NCBI GenBank assembly: GCA_963693365.1
Contig: CAVNZM010000001.1
Coordinates: 1,580,373-1,644,372 of the forward strand
Length of the DNA: 64,000 nucleotides
DNA from: Amoebidium appalachense
Lineage: Eukaryota > Protista > Ichthyosporea
Direction: 5' to 3'
Of the stretch, positions 11,675 through 35,825 are shown in pieces; the stretch's first letter is position 1, and the number at the start of each line of letters is the position of its first letter. A model generated the notes under the pieces. It was not told where the DNA came from and made no database searches. It saw only the letters and a program-made list of their open reading frames with translations. Made by a program: the position numbers and the translations under genes.

Positions 11675-12492
11675 AGAAGGGACCGCACTATTTAGATTTT
11701 TTTTTCTCTCTAATCTTGCCATTCCTTGCTTGTAGTTAGCAGATGCTTAATTCCTAACTCTCTTATGAATGAATCTTTTTTGATTGACCTAGTCGAAACA
11801 TTAACCGAAGGCTGCGCTGGTCGTAAATACCTTCGACGACACGAAAATAAATGATGGCACTGTGATGCCTATGCAACCATACAAGACCCTTTATTTGTTT
11901 TGTTCATTGTTCAGGGTCAAGACATGATTTTGCAACGACTGCAAACAATCGAGTGTCCTGTGATGCCTATGTAACTGCCACTGTGGTTATCGGTGTTTGT
12001 CTATAGGGTCTATAGGATCTTATTGTTCTCACAATAATCCACTATAGTTACTGGTGTCACTGTGATCCCCATGCAACCAGATAACTCCGTGAATCTACGG
12101 AGAAACCAAAGTGATGACGATTCTTTTTTTCACAAAAAAATCGTCAAGCGTTTAAAGATCACGAAAAAACAGTTCAATGGGTCTGGGTGTGCTTGCGGGC
12201 ATTTTTTCTGAGCATCCTGAGTTAGTGATTTCTGGGTTTCGAGCGAAAAATAAATAAATACATAACAACCTATTTGATATAGGTTGGGGCATCCGACAGG
12301 GGTAACAATATAGGCAGGAGATAGTTGCTTAGATAGCTTTCAAGGATACCAAGCGAGACATACAAAATATGAAACATCAACCATGCATATGGTCCCCGTA
12401 ACACATACATATGTGTACTTAGCTACGGAGGTCAAAAAAAAAGGTGGGGAAGGAGGGGAGTGGGACTTTTTTTTATTCAATGACTCTTATAG

Positions 12493-13077
12493 GTCGGGGC
12501 ATCAGATCTGGAGAGGGCTAAGAAAGGATATATGTATATGGTATATTCCCCATAGGTATGACGAGTATTTTTTGGGCCATGCACCACTGCAATACAAAGT
12601 AGAAATAAAAAAAGGTATGAATAAAAAACTACTAAAAAAAGTAGTAATATGCCACTGTGACAAATAGCACATCCATGAAGAGAGAAATACGTGTGTGTGT
12701 GTGTACTCTGTGCAAAAACTTGGGAACGCTGTTCCGCAGAGGAAAACCACCCCCCCCCCCCCCCCCCCCCCCCAACCACCCCCCCCCCCCCACCTCCCCC
12801 CCCCCCCCCCCCTCCCCCTCCTTTTTTTTTTTTTTTTTTTTTTTTGGTTTCAACGATATGTTTCACGGTGGCACCGTGGTGGTGGTGTACCTCCCTCCCC
12901 TCCCCGTCCTCCCCCCCCCCCCCCCCCTCCTCCTTCCAACCAACCAACCAACCAATCAACCACTACCACCACGCACACAAAACAAAAATAACAACAAGGA
13001 AAAAGAAGAAGAAAGAAGAGAAAAGAAAAAAGAGGGGAAGGGAGGGGGGAGGGGGGGGGCGGGGGGAGAGAGAGAGA

Positions 13078-13114
<37 letters not shown>

Positions 13115-13593
13115 GTCGTTCACTCCACTGAAACTAGTACTTCACGGAGGGGAAAGTTCTTCCCACAAGTTAACAAATTGATACCTGAAAAGCACATAAA
13201 AGGCCACCCGCTGAGTATCAACGGAAAGCACTCGACTATGTCTTTGAAATTGTCTAGCAACATATTTGCAAGTTTTGAGGTAAATGTGTTCGACAGCTCC
13301 TAGGTATAGGGAGCTCGCTCACACAAACACGGTATGTGGTACGTGCACGTGAATCACCAAAAAAAAAATTAAAAATTAAAAATTAAAAAACTTAAAAAAC
13401 TTTATAAAAAATACCAAAACCAAAACCCTATGTGTGCCTGGGTCCTAAAAGGGGGGGAGGGGGGGCTGCCGCTCTCCCACACCAACCTCCCACTAGAGGG
13501 TCCTTACGTCTTTGGATCGATTGTGTTTTGTCCAATCAGGTGCAAGTGAGGGTCCGTCGTATGAAAAATGGCGAGTCTTCCAAGCCGCAAAAT
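12493..13593 (+). CDS. Hypothetical spliced gene fragment; candidate exons 12493-12555, 13138-13279, 13540-13593, with more exon-like islands to ~15100
   Basis: AG/GT-bounded unique islands whose phases join into SGHQIWRGLRKDICIWYIPHSTSRRGKFFPQVNKLIPEKHIKGHPLSINGKHSTMSLKLSSNIFASFEVQVRVRRMKNGESSKPQN. No family recognised. Confidence 0.3.
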
Positions 13594-13914
13594 GTAAGGG
13601 GTAAAGTTTGAGTCGCAAGTGTCGGCTTAGTGAACAGTTTTAGTCGGCAGTATCCAGCTTATCCAGTTTAAAATACTAAAACAACAAACAAATCAAAACT
13701 TTAACTATGTAGTACAGTTTGAGTTTAAGACAATAATAGAAAGTTGAATACAGTTGACAGTCCTGTTACTGTAAGAATCACAGTAGGTATAAGTTGGAGC
13801 TACCAGACCCTCCCCTCCCTTCGCAAGTGGAAGTGTTTAGTCCCGGCCCATTTCATGTTTTTGATATGGCCAGTATGATTCTCGGTATATTTGGTATAAG
13901 GTCCCCCCCTCCCC

Positions 13915-13945
<31 letters not shown>

Positions 13946-13983
13946 GCTGGAGGAGGGAGTATGGGGCCGTGTGGGGGGGGGGG

Positions 13984-14041
<58 letters not shown>

Positions 14042-14483
14042 GGGGGGGGGGGGGGGGGGGGAGGGGAGGGGGGGGGGGGGGGGTGCCATGATCAAAAACC
14101 TCCGGTTATGAACATTAAAGTCCCGGCCCAGTTCCGAACGGTTTTGATCGTCATGTTCCAGCGGCTTGCCAAAGTTTAAAAGGTCAGCTGCAGCATATTT
14201 ATTTTTGGTAACACGCGTTAATTACATCTCGGGTTCAGTCCATAAAAGAAATGTTACATAAACCGTTTAACTCTGTCAATGTTTGGGCCGGGTGTAACGG
14301 CCTTGTGCTTCCGTTTTCTTTGAGTTACCTTTTATGCTTCAGTGGCTTGGCATATTTAACTTCCTCCCATAGTATCATGATACTTGTGATTACCTCCCAC
14401 CTCCCCTCCACCTCTGAATGCAGACACATTGGCATGTGTGCTTGCGTGTGCCCTCATACCCTCACGCACGTGTATATACACTA

Positions 14484-14543
<60 letters not shown>

Positions 14544-14791
14544 TACACACATACATAACACACGCACTGCCAGGCACACCAACCGCGTATGCGCACGCAC
14601 ATACAACCACACACGCGACTGCGGGGCCGTGCACGCTCGTGCACACATGTGCTCATACACAGCACACACATGCGCGCACCAACTTGAAGTGAACTCATGT
14701 GTCAAGGCGCTTAGCTTCGGGTCTTACTGTACTACCGGAAAGCATCAGACAGCAAAACTGGTGAGCTGCTGCCCACCCCTCCATCCCCCCC

Positions 14792-14822
<31 letters not shown>

Positions 14823-15313
14823 AAAAAAAAAAAAAACTACCCATCTATCCCTCCCCCCTCCCCCCTCCCCCCCCCTCTCTGCCACCCACCCATACCGACC
14901 CCCCCCCCTCCCCCCGGGCCCCTCCCCCCCTCCCCCCTTTCTCTCGAGCTCTCTTCTCTCTCTCTCTCTCTCTTCCCCCCCCCCCCCCCCCCCCCCCCCG
15001 ACCCATCCCGCCCTTAGGCTACTCTTCTTTTGGCACTCTGATGGGCCTGGCTCATCATCATCACAAACTTTCTGTGATTTTATGTTTGTTATAAATCCGT
15101 GCGTTGTACGTACATGTATGAGTAAATATTCTTCCGTTTCTTGAATTCCTTTGAGGGGAGGCTTCTTGAAATGATTCTATGGGATGGTATTGGTGTGTGT
15201 GTCACAAGTATGCGTGTGTGCGTGTATGTCAGTGTGTGTGTCACAAGTATGCGTGTGTGCGTGTATGTCAGCTCGAGTGTGTGTGTGTGTGTGTGTGTGT
15301 GTGACACTATTAT

Positions 15314-15351
<38 letters not shown>

Positions 15352-16191
15352 TGTGTTTCTGTTTCTGTGTTTATGGGTAAGGGGGGTGGGGGATGGGGGG
15401 CAGGGTACTCGGATTGTGGGCCGTTACACACACTGCCAGTGGCCCATGAATATTTCTAATCATACGTGTGCACGTGCACGGTAACTTATGATACGGCACG
15501 TATACAATACATACGTAGTATGTGACGGTACATAAATATGCCCCATGGCCAGGCAAGCTCGAGCCAGGACTCAGCTCAGGTGCACATGCCCACTAGACGC
15601 ACATAGGCTCAACACACACACACACACTGTGACGCACACACACTAACCGGTGGCCCCCCACTCAAGTCCCGCGGGATATCTGCGTCGGACTAACACGCGT
15701 ATACGTACACATGTTCAATGGCACACGTGCATATGCGTACTGTACAGCTTACGTACACTGTACACACGTGTCACGGTGTATGTATGTGCGCGGACATACA
15801 CACACGCACATACACACGTACGTGACACACACACGCATCCACGCACACTCGCACACTTGCACATGTAAAACCACATTTGCACACAACCATTCTCTCAAAA
15901 AACACACAACTATGCATGCGCACGTGTGCGCACCGGCACACGCACGCACGCATGCGCACGCACACGCACACACCTGACACACGTACACATACATGCACAC
16001 GCACAAATACACATGTATATGCATGTATACATTGGATTGTTATTGCTTTGCGCGCAGAACGTAGGGCACGCGTCACGTGCACAGTGTCACAAACATGTGC
16101 ACACGCACGTGCGTTTCGGAACACATGTGCACCAGCTGGCGGCTGATGTCGCAAACAGCCCTGAGAAACTGTGCATCGGTATCATTCAAAC

Positions 16192-16410
16192 CTGATTGGT
16201 TTACAACGAACTCATGACGTCACCCACTCCTGCAACATGCACCTTTATGACGTCATAAACAGCCTCTGCTAGTCATCCCACGGCACAAGCAATGGAATAT
16301 GACGTCATTGCGAGCACACCAATCAAAGTGCGTTTTCGTTTGGCGCGCGGACAGCTTTCTGCTTTTCACTTCGTGCCACGCACGTTTTTCAACTCAGTCA
16401 AACACACGTG
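16192..16410. promoter_or_regulatory. Promoter-like cluster: three CRE palindromes, CCAAT boxes, E2F-like and E-box sites
   Basis: TGACGTCA at 16215, 16248 and 16300; CTGATTGG 16192; CCAATCA ~16319; TTTGGCGCG ~16339; CACGTG ~16405. Confidence 0.55.
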
Positions 16411-17553
16411 AACATGGAATGACTCATTTTTGACGTTTCCAGTATTTGGAAGACAGTATTCTACTAGGATTTAATAGGCCCAAGCTAGCTATTGTGACTT
16501 TTTTTTTTTGGTCTTAGTGCGGTTAAGTTGGCACTATTACAAGGAAGTGCAAGATTTTGTTGAGAAAGGCAGTGAGTGAACAACATCTGAGCAACCTCAA
16601 GATTCTTCTTGTGCGTTTTCACACATTCACGCAGCTGATTACCGAAACAATAGCATCACTGCTGTTCATTTCTTGTCAGGCAGGTGGGAGGGGAGTGTTC
16701 ATTCTGAGGGGGATCATCCTCCTGTCAAAAAAAGTAGATCCGAGGTCAGCAGATGCGTCAACGGTAGGCTGACCTTGGCTTTTTCAGGCGTTAGGAGGGT
16801 CAGAGGAAGAGATTTCAAAAAAGATCTGCTGCGTGCGCATGAGTGAAACGGGGGGTCAGGGGGGGGGGGGGGGGGGGGGGGGGGAGGGGAGGCAGAGTTG
16901 GGGCTGTGTGTGCTTGAGTGAGAAGAACTTTGGGAGTGGTGGGGGAGGCAGATAGGGAGGGAGTTCAGAGAGGATGTGCTGTGTGTGTGTGTGAAATGGG
17001 GGGGGAGGGGGGGAGGAGGCAGAGTTGGGGCTGTGTGAGTTTGATGAAAAAGAGAGGGGGGGGGGGGGGGGGGGGGGGGCAGAGATTCGGGTAAGGCCGT
17101 TGTTGACTTGGCAGGGGAAGGGTGGAAGAGGATCTTACCAGCTCAGGCTTGGTGGTGTTGGAATGGAGGCGTATGCTTGCGTTTCCTGGTGGCTGGTGGA
17201 GTGGGTTGGGGGATGGAAAGGGTCTTAAGAAAGATTTTTTTTTTGGATTCACTACAAGTTATTTCTCCCATTCTGGTGGTGAGTGCATTCTCTGAAGCAA
17301 ACCTGCCCTTGCCCCCCCCACCACCACCACCCATTCAACAACCATCACCAACATCACCCCCCACCCCCTCCCCTCCCTCCCCTTCCCCCTCCCTACCTAT
17401 TGGTGTCCTCAATATCTGGAACCATCACAAAGTGTTTCTTTTGAAACCGTGATGGGGTGTTGATGTCTCATGTTTATCGTTGACCTTGCCCCCTGTAGTC
17501 TTCTTTAATACGAGATTGTTCCCGATACATGATCGGTAACACACACACACGGA

Positions 17554-17680
<127 letters not shown>

Positions 17681-17795
17681 TCCACAGGGAGGTTAATCGA
17701 CAAAACATACTCTTGAATACCCGTGTCCGGAATATCGGTTTTACGCACGGAATTTTCGGTGAATGAGCTACGGAAGTGGGGTTCAAACCGGAAAG

Positions 17796-25228
<7,433 letters not shown>

Positions 25229-25976
25229 ATTTTCTAAAAATTTCCTGTGCATATTCATTTTTTGTTTCCGATTTACCATACACTTTGTCACATTCGTGAC
25301 ACTGCACCCTCTCCATGGGCCCCCATATGCCGAATCTCCATAATTTTTACCGGTGCATATTCGTTATTTATTCCTTATTTACTATACAGTCGCTGTGTGG
25401 TTGCTCTGACAGACATTCGCTCTGACAGACATAATTTGCTGAATTTCCGTAATTTTTCCAATGTATATCCGTTTTAATCATTTCCCTTATTGTGATGTAT
25501 GGTTGCTTTAATGTCAAATGTGCATTCGATTGGTCGTTTTCCTTTGGGTAGTTTTAGAGAAACTATCGTTATTTCAGGTTTTTCGCTAGGTCATGCATGA
25601 CCATTTATGGTAAGAACGCAATTGAGCCCAGGGGAGGACAGTTATCTCAAGCACCAATCACATTCGATGAATAGAAAAAATCTAAAATGGCGCGTGATTT
25701 GGCAAAACTATTTGGAATCCCGTGAACTCTATATCTTTAGTTGGGTTTAAACCTGTTGAAAAACCACTACTTCCCGTCTTGAATAGTATGTTATTTTGCC
25801 GCCGTTTTGACTTGATTATTCATGAATATGTGATCAGGAACTGAGTGTTAGAAAGATCTGAAGACATTTTTGTGCGGTTATTTTGTGTTTGTTTAGTTGT
25901 TTACTGTGTCGTTTTTGTGGTATTTTATGCCTGTTAGGAGGATATGGTATTGGTGTGCTTTGGCCAGGTGCTACGA

Positions 25977-26172
25977 TCAGGCGCGATCGATCGCTGCCGA
26001 TTGATCCAGATCACCGATTGAAATTTGGCCGCCTGTTATGTTTTCAAGATGGGGAGCATGTCTCTGCCCAGTCCACCGTGCGTACGTGGCATGATTTAGG
26101 GCAAATGCACCCTCTGGACGTTAAGTTATTACAACTTGATGTTTAACATGGACATATCTGGAGTCGTGTCAT

Positions 26173-26211
<39 letters not shown>

Positions 26212-26462
26212 CCAAACACACACACACACAACACACACACACTGTTACAGTACACATGTACACACACACTCTAGCCCCCCCCCCCCCCCCCCCTCTCTCA
26301 CACTCTCTCTCTTTCTCTGTAACTGGCACACACACACACACACTCTCTCTCTCCCCTACCCCCCCCCCCCCCCCCCCCCCCCCTCTCTCCCTCTCTCTAA
26401 AGCTTTCTCTGTAACTGGCACACACACATATGCATACACACACACACTCTCTCTCTCTCTCT

Positions 26463-26494
<32 letters not shown>

Positions 26495-27159
26495 CCCCCC
26501 CCCTCTCTCTCTCAACAACAGAAAAGAAAAGTAAAAATAACCTCATGTTATCCGTATATGTATATTTGCAAACATGTACGCGTACGTACGAGCACATTGT
26601 GTGTGCACAGTTTTCAACGAGAATAATAGAATTGTCCTTTTGATCATATGATTGAAGTGGTACAAAAAGTACATATAGGCTTACCGTACACTGTATGTGT
26701 TATGTCTACCGTACACTGTATGCGTTATGTCTACCGTACACTGTATGCGTTATGTCTACCGTACACTGTATGTGTTATGTCTACCGTACACTGTGTTATG
26801 TCCTGGTTTAGAAGAATTGTATGTAGGGTACGTGCACAGTTGTGCCAATTCAAGTGCTCGAAGCCAGTTGGTGCCCCCCCCCCCCCCCCCCCCTCCCGGC
26901 CGTTCCTCTGGTTAACCCTTTGGTGGCGGCGACCGTGCTGCTCTGCTCAGAAGAACATAATGTGTGGTCTGACAGTGTGCATGTTGTGCATGCATGTGCA
27001 CGTGTACATGTAATGCTATAATAAACCCGAGCATGTGTATTTAATGTGGCCGTTGCGGATTCGGTGCGGCACAAGAGGAAAATGTAAGGGTGTACGCTGT
27101 TTACTCGACCCGTAGAGGCCAGTCTCAGGTACATAGAGGGGTTTTGCTAGGTATATCTC
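25977..27159 (-). CDS. Hypothetical gene, last two candidate exons (27159-27105, 26113-25977); a further island at ~27775-27715
   Basis: Branch/acceptor CTGAC..CCAG and CTTAAC.TCCAG; phases join to EIYLAKPLYVPETGLYGSKGAFALNHATYARWTGQRHAPHLENITGGQISIGDLDQSAAIDRA*. No family recognised. Confidence 0.3.
26682..26801. repeat. 25-bp minisatellite, ~4.7 copies
   Basis: TACCGTACACTGTATGYGTTATGTC tandem. Confidence 0.9.
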
Positions 27160-27995
27160 CTGGGGGTTATGTCAGGTACGTAGATGTCTGCAAAGTTGCT
27201 TGTATATCATACGAACCGAGATGGTATATTATCAACAAATGGTTCCCCCCCCCGTATGTCCCTTTTTTTTTTTCCTTTTCTTTTTTCCTTTTTATATATA
27301 TATATAGATATGGAAAATCTTTAGAAACCGAAAGTAAGAACGAAAAAGGAAGTTTGCATGTTCTATATTTTGGGAGACGGTGGGAGCACAGCCCCTTGTG
27401 TGCAAGGAAGAGGTCAAAAAAACAAAGTGGGAAGAGGTGATGGTGGTGAGTGGTTGAGTGGGTGGATGGGTGGGTGTTTGGGGGTGGGGGTGGGAGGGGG
27501 GGGGGGGGGGGGGGGGGGGGGAAGATGAGAACCATGGTGCCAATATTTCGGCATGGTTGGGGACGGGGGGGGGGATTGCAACTTGGTATGTAACCAAAAA
27601 CATGAAACTAAGTCATGGGATTATTCAACACAGTCTTGATGTGATATTTGTATAAAGAAATAAAAAGAAAACTAGAAAGTAGAAAAACTAGAAAACAAGA
27701 ATGCATTTGGTACTTTTTATTGGCTACCGCTGACCGGAGGAAATATCTTGACACGGTTTCACGTTCGTGTACACCTGTTTCCCAAGGTATATTTAAAAAA
27801 CTTTTAATTTTAAAGTTGTGTTCTTTTTAAATAGGGCTCGATACAGTAGCAACATGCAGTGATATAGCGGGGAAATTGTTCAACACAAAATACACGGAAG
27901 GTTAAGTTTAGGTTAATTTTTAGAATCACGCCTAAAATATACACACGATTACTGTGATATTGCTACTTTTTTTTATTGTTTTATAAAAACTTTTT

Positions 27996-28021
27996 TTTGG
28001 CGCGAAAAACTTCCCGCCCAA
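27996..28021. promoter_or_regulatory. Tandem E2F-like sites in an AT-rich promoter-like region
   Basis: TTTGGCGCGAAAA followed by TTCCCGCCCAAA; matches the TTTSSCGC consensus. Confidence 0.45.
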
Positions 28022-28621
28022 ATTTCAATACTCGGCTAATCGTGCGATCGTGCGAAAATTATTGGTCCACATATAATTTTTTCGATTTTGCGATATTCCT
28101 ACTTTTTCTTTTGTTTTATATTTTATGGTAGTTGTTAGCACCTTTCACTATTCTCAAGCGATACTTACATCGTGATAAAAAGAGAGTTAATATTGATTAT
28201 GGAATTGAGTGAATATGTAGGCCTACGGCGAAAGTCATAATATGATGTGTAGTGTGTGTGTGCGTGCGTGCTTGTGTGCTTGTGTGTGTGTGCGTGTGTG
28301 TGTGCCCGCACGGCGTGTGTGTCTTGTGTGTGTCTGTGTGTGCGCGAGTGAGTGTGTGTGTGTGTGTGAGAAAGTGCGTGTGAGTGTGAGTGTGAGTCGG
28401 AGTTTGTGTGTGTGTGTCTTTGTGTGTGTGCGTGCGCGCTTGTGTGTCGCGCGCGTGTGTGTGTAAGTTTGTGTGTGTGTGCGCACGCGCGTGTTTGGAT
28501 AATTTCTATATTTAACTGCCTGGGGGGAGATGGCCGGGGGAGAGGGTGGGGTGGGGGGGGGGGGGGGGGGGGGGGGGAGTTGGGGGCTAGGCACATTAAA
28601 GTTGTTGCTTTGCAGGGCCAA

Positions 28622-33060
<4,439 letters not shown>

Positions 33061-33516
33061 TATTTGATGTGTGGTGAATGGTGGGAGGCAGAGATGGGAG
33101 TGGTGTGGGCGCGTGTGATGTTGCCTAATATAGGTAACTTTTTTTACAGGGAGTAGCGTGTGTAGGCGGAGGAGACGAGGGAGGCACGCCGTGGCACGCC
33201 TTACTGCTAATAGAGGGAATGAGACGTGTAACTCAGTACGTACTGTTTGTTTGTTGTTTGTGTGAGTGTAACACTGCAGCCTGTGCTGTCTGTAGATGGC
33301 GAATTCTTTCGTTGAGGAGTGCAAAAGTGGGTAAATTCGAAAAAGGTCTAGTAAACGCTATAGCTAGGCCCTAATAGCTAACATATCAAAGTTAACGTTC
33401 AATAATTTACAAAAACACTTAAACATGCAATATATTGCATTTGGACTTTGAATTTTCCTTGGGGCTACAGTGCCTTATAATTACTTAAGATCATCAGCGC
33501 CGGAACATGCAAGGTC

Positions 33517-33556
<40 letters not shown>

Positions 33557-33936
33557 TTGACCGTACCTCTCCTATCCATAGATCTCTATTCCCCCCCCCC
33601 CCCCCACCATTGCGCCCCAGCCTCCCCATCTTCCCTTCACCGCTGAAATGCATGCATACGTATATCATGATGTACATGTACTGCATGCACACACACAACA
33701 CAACGCCATACACAAACGGACGCACGCAAACACTCCGGAGTGTCACATGTTACAAACACATGACATTGTAGTACTAGACGTTTAAAACTACACGCCGTCC
33801 GCAAACACACATGCACACATGCACACCTATATTTTCAAGTCAAGAAATAGCGGACTGAACAACCATTAGCAGTGCTCCCCTATGCATGCACACACGGACA
33901 TACACAAAGACACACAATACTATGATAATCATGCCG

Positions 33937-33979
<43 letters not shown>

Positions 33980-34086
33980 ACAACACACACAGGCACGCGC
34001 GCACGCACGCACGCACGCACGCACACACAAAATACCAGTACACCGTGGCACAGTCAACACTTTAACACCCACACGTGGTGCATTCG

Positions 34087-34443
34087 TACACTGCGTACAT
34101 ACTGAATACGTGTGCAACATGTACGCTAAAAAGGTTTGCAGTGCCATTATTGTAGTTACGGCCTCAGGCTGATCATACACTACGTACATACTGAATACGT
34201 GTGCAACATGTACACTAAAAAGGTTTGCAGTGCCATTATTGTAGTTACGGCCTCAGGCTGATCATACACTACGTACATACTGAATACGTGTGCAACATGT
34301 ACACTATAAAGGTTTGCAGTGCCATTATTGTTATTACGGCCTCAGGCTGATCATACACTACGTACATACTGAATACGTGTGCAACATGTACACTAAAAAG
34401 GTTTGCAGTGCCATTATTGTAATTACGGCCTCAGGCTGATCAT
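34087..34443. repeat. 89-bp tandem repeat, 4 copies
   Basis: ACTGAATACG at 34101, 34190, 34279 and 34368; near-identical units. Confidence 0.95.
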
Positions 34444-34729
34444 GTTCAACCCTTTATTGGCCAATGCCCTGCCCACAGGTGTTCACATTCCTCCCCCATG
34501 AGGCTAAAACTGCCCAAATAGAAACCTTGAATAGAATTTAGTTAATTATAATGTCATAGCTACTGCATGTATCAAACACTAGGAATTCCCCTGCCTACTC
34601 TTCTTCTCACTTGTCCCCATCCTCCTCTCCGTAGCAAAGTTCTGTGTACTGATCCCAAGGCATAATAATACATTCCATCTCAAATTTAAAGACCTAGAGA
34701 CTGTGCTCTAAAATCTTAACGCATCATTT

Positions 34730-34889
34730 CTATTGGCTAATTCTTTTAAGGTATGCGTCCCAGCCTGCCTTTTGATAGGCCTGGGCGGCTGCCACCGGGT
34801 CCTTTGAGCCGTAGATGCCCCTCCCCACAATGATGACGTCACTGCCACACCCACACACCACGCTCTCGGGCGTGTTGTACTGTGTGTGT

Positions 34890-34950
<61 letters not shown>

Positions 34951-34985
34951 AGAGTACGCGAGTGAGTGAGTGAATGAGTTTGTGA

Positions 34986-35028
<43 letters not shown>

Positions 35029-35080
35029 CGCGCGTGCGAGTGAATGAGTAGGTCAGAGAGAGGGGGGGGGGGGGGGGGGG

Positions 35081-35147
<67 letters not shown>

Positions 35148-35452
35148 TGTGTGTGTGTGTTGGTGTGTGATGGGTGAATGTGAGTGTGAGTGTGTGCGTG
35201 TGCGTGTTTTCTTCTCATTTTTTCCTTTTCTTCTCCCCCCCCCCCTTTTTTTTTTTGTGTGTGTGTGGGGGGGGGGGGGGGGGGGGGGGGGCTTATGTAG
35301 GCAAGGGTGAGAAACAGGGAAGAAAAATGCAATTGCCCTAGTTGCTACCAATAAGAGAAAAGGAAACCCAACCAAGGTGCAACCATGAGACACTTGAACA
35401 GAGCCCATTATAAAGGGGGTTCACGCACTTCCGCAGAGCAACCAATTTCAAC

Positions 35453-35490
<38 letters not shown>

Positions 35491-35771
35491 AACCCTCCGT
35501 CACCATGATTTATTTGAGTTAGTTGGGGAGGGGTAGGGGGGCAGAGAGAGGGAGGGAGGGGAGGGGAGGAGGGGAGGGGGGGAGGGGAGGGGGGGGGGGG
35601 GGGGGAGGAGGGGAGGTTAGAGGGGAAAAAGGAAACGGGGCTCTATTTAGGAAACTTTTCCTCTTCTTCCCCTTCGCTCTATGCATCTTCCACTACCCAC
35701 CCACCCACCTGCACACACATCACCGTTTTCAATCAATCAGCCAAACAAAAACTCGCGCGCACACACGTGGT

Positions 35772-35825
<54 letters not shown>

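Noticed and set aside
34087-34443. CRISPR-like array (also considered for 11856-12085, 52735-53460 and 3685-4905)
   Set aside because: Units are contiguous tandem copies or variable-length modules without uniform unique spacers, there are no cas genes, and the context is eukaryotic.
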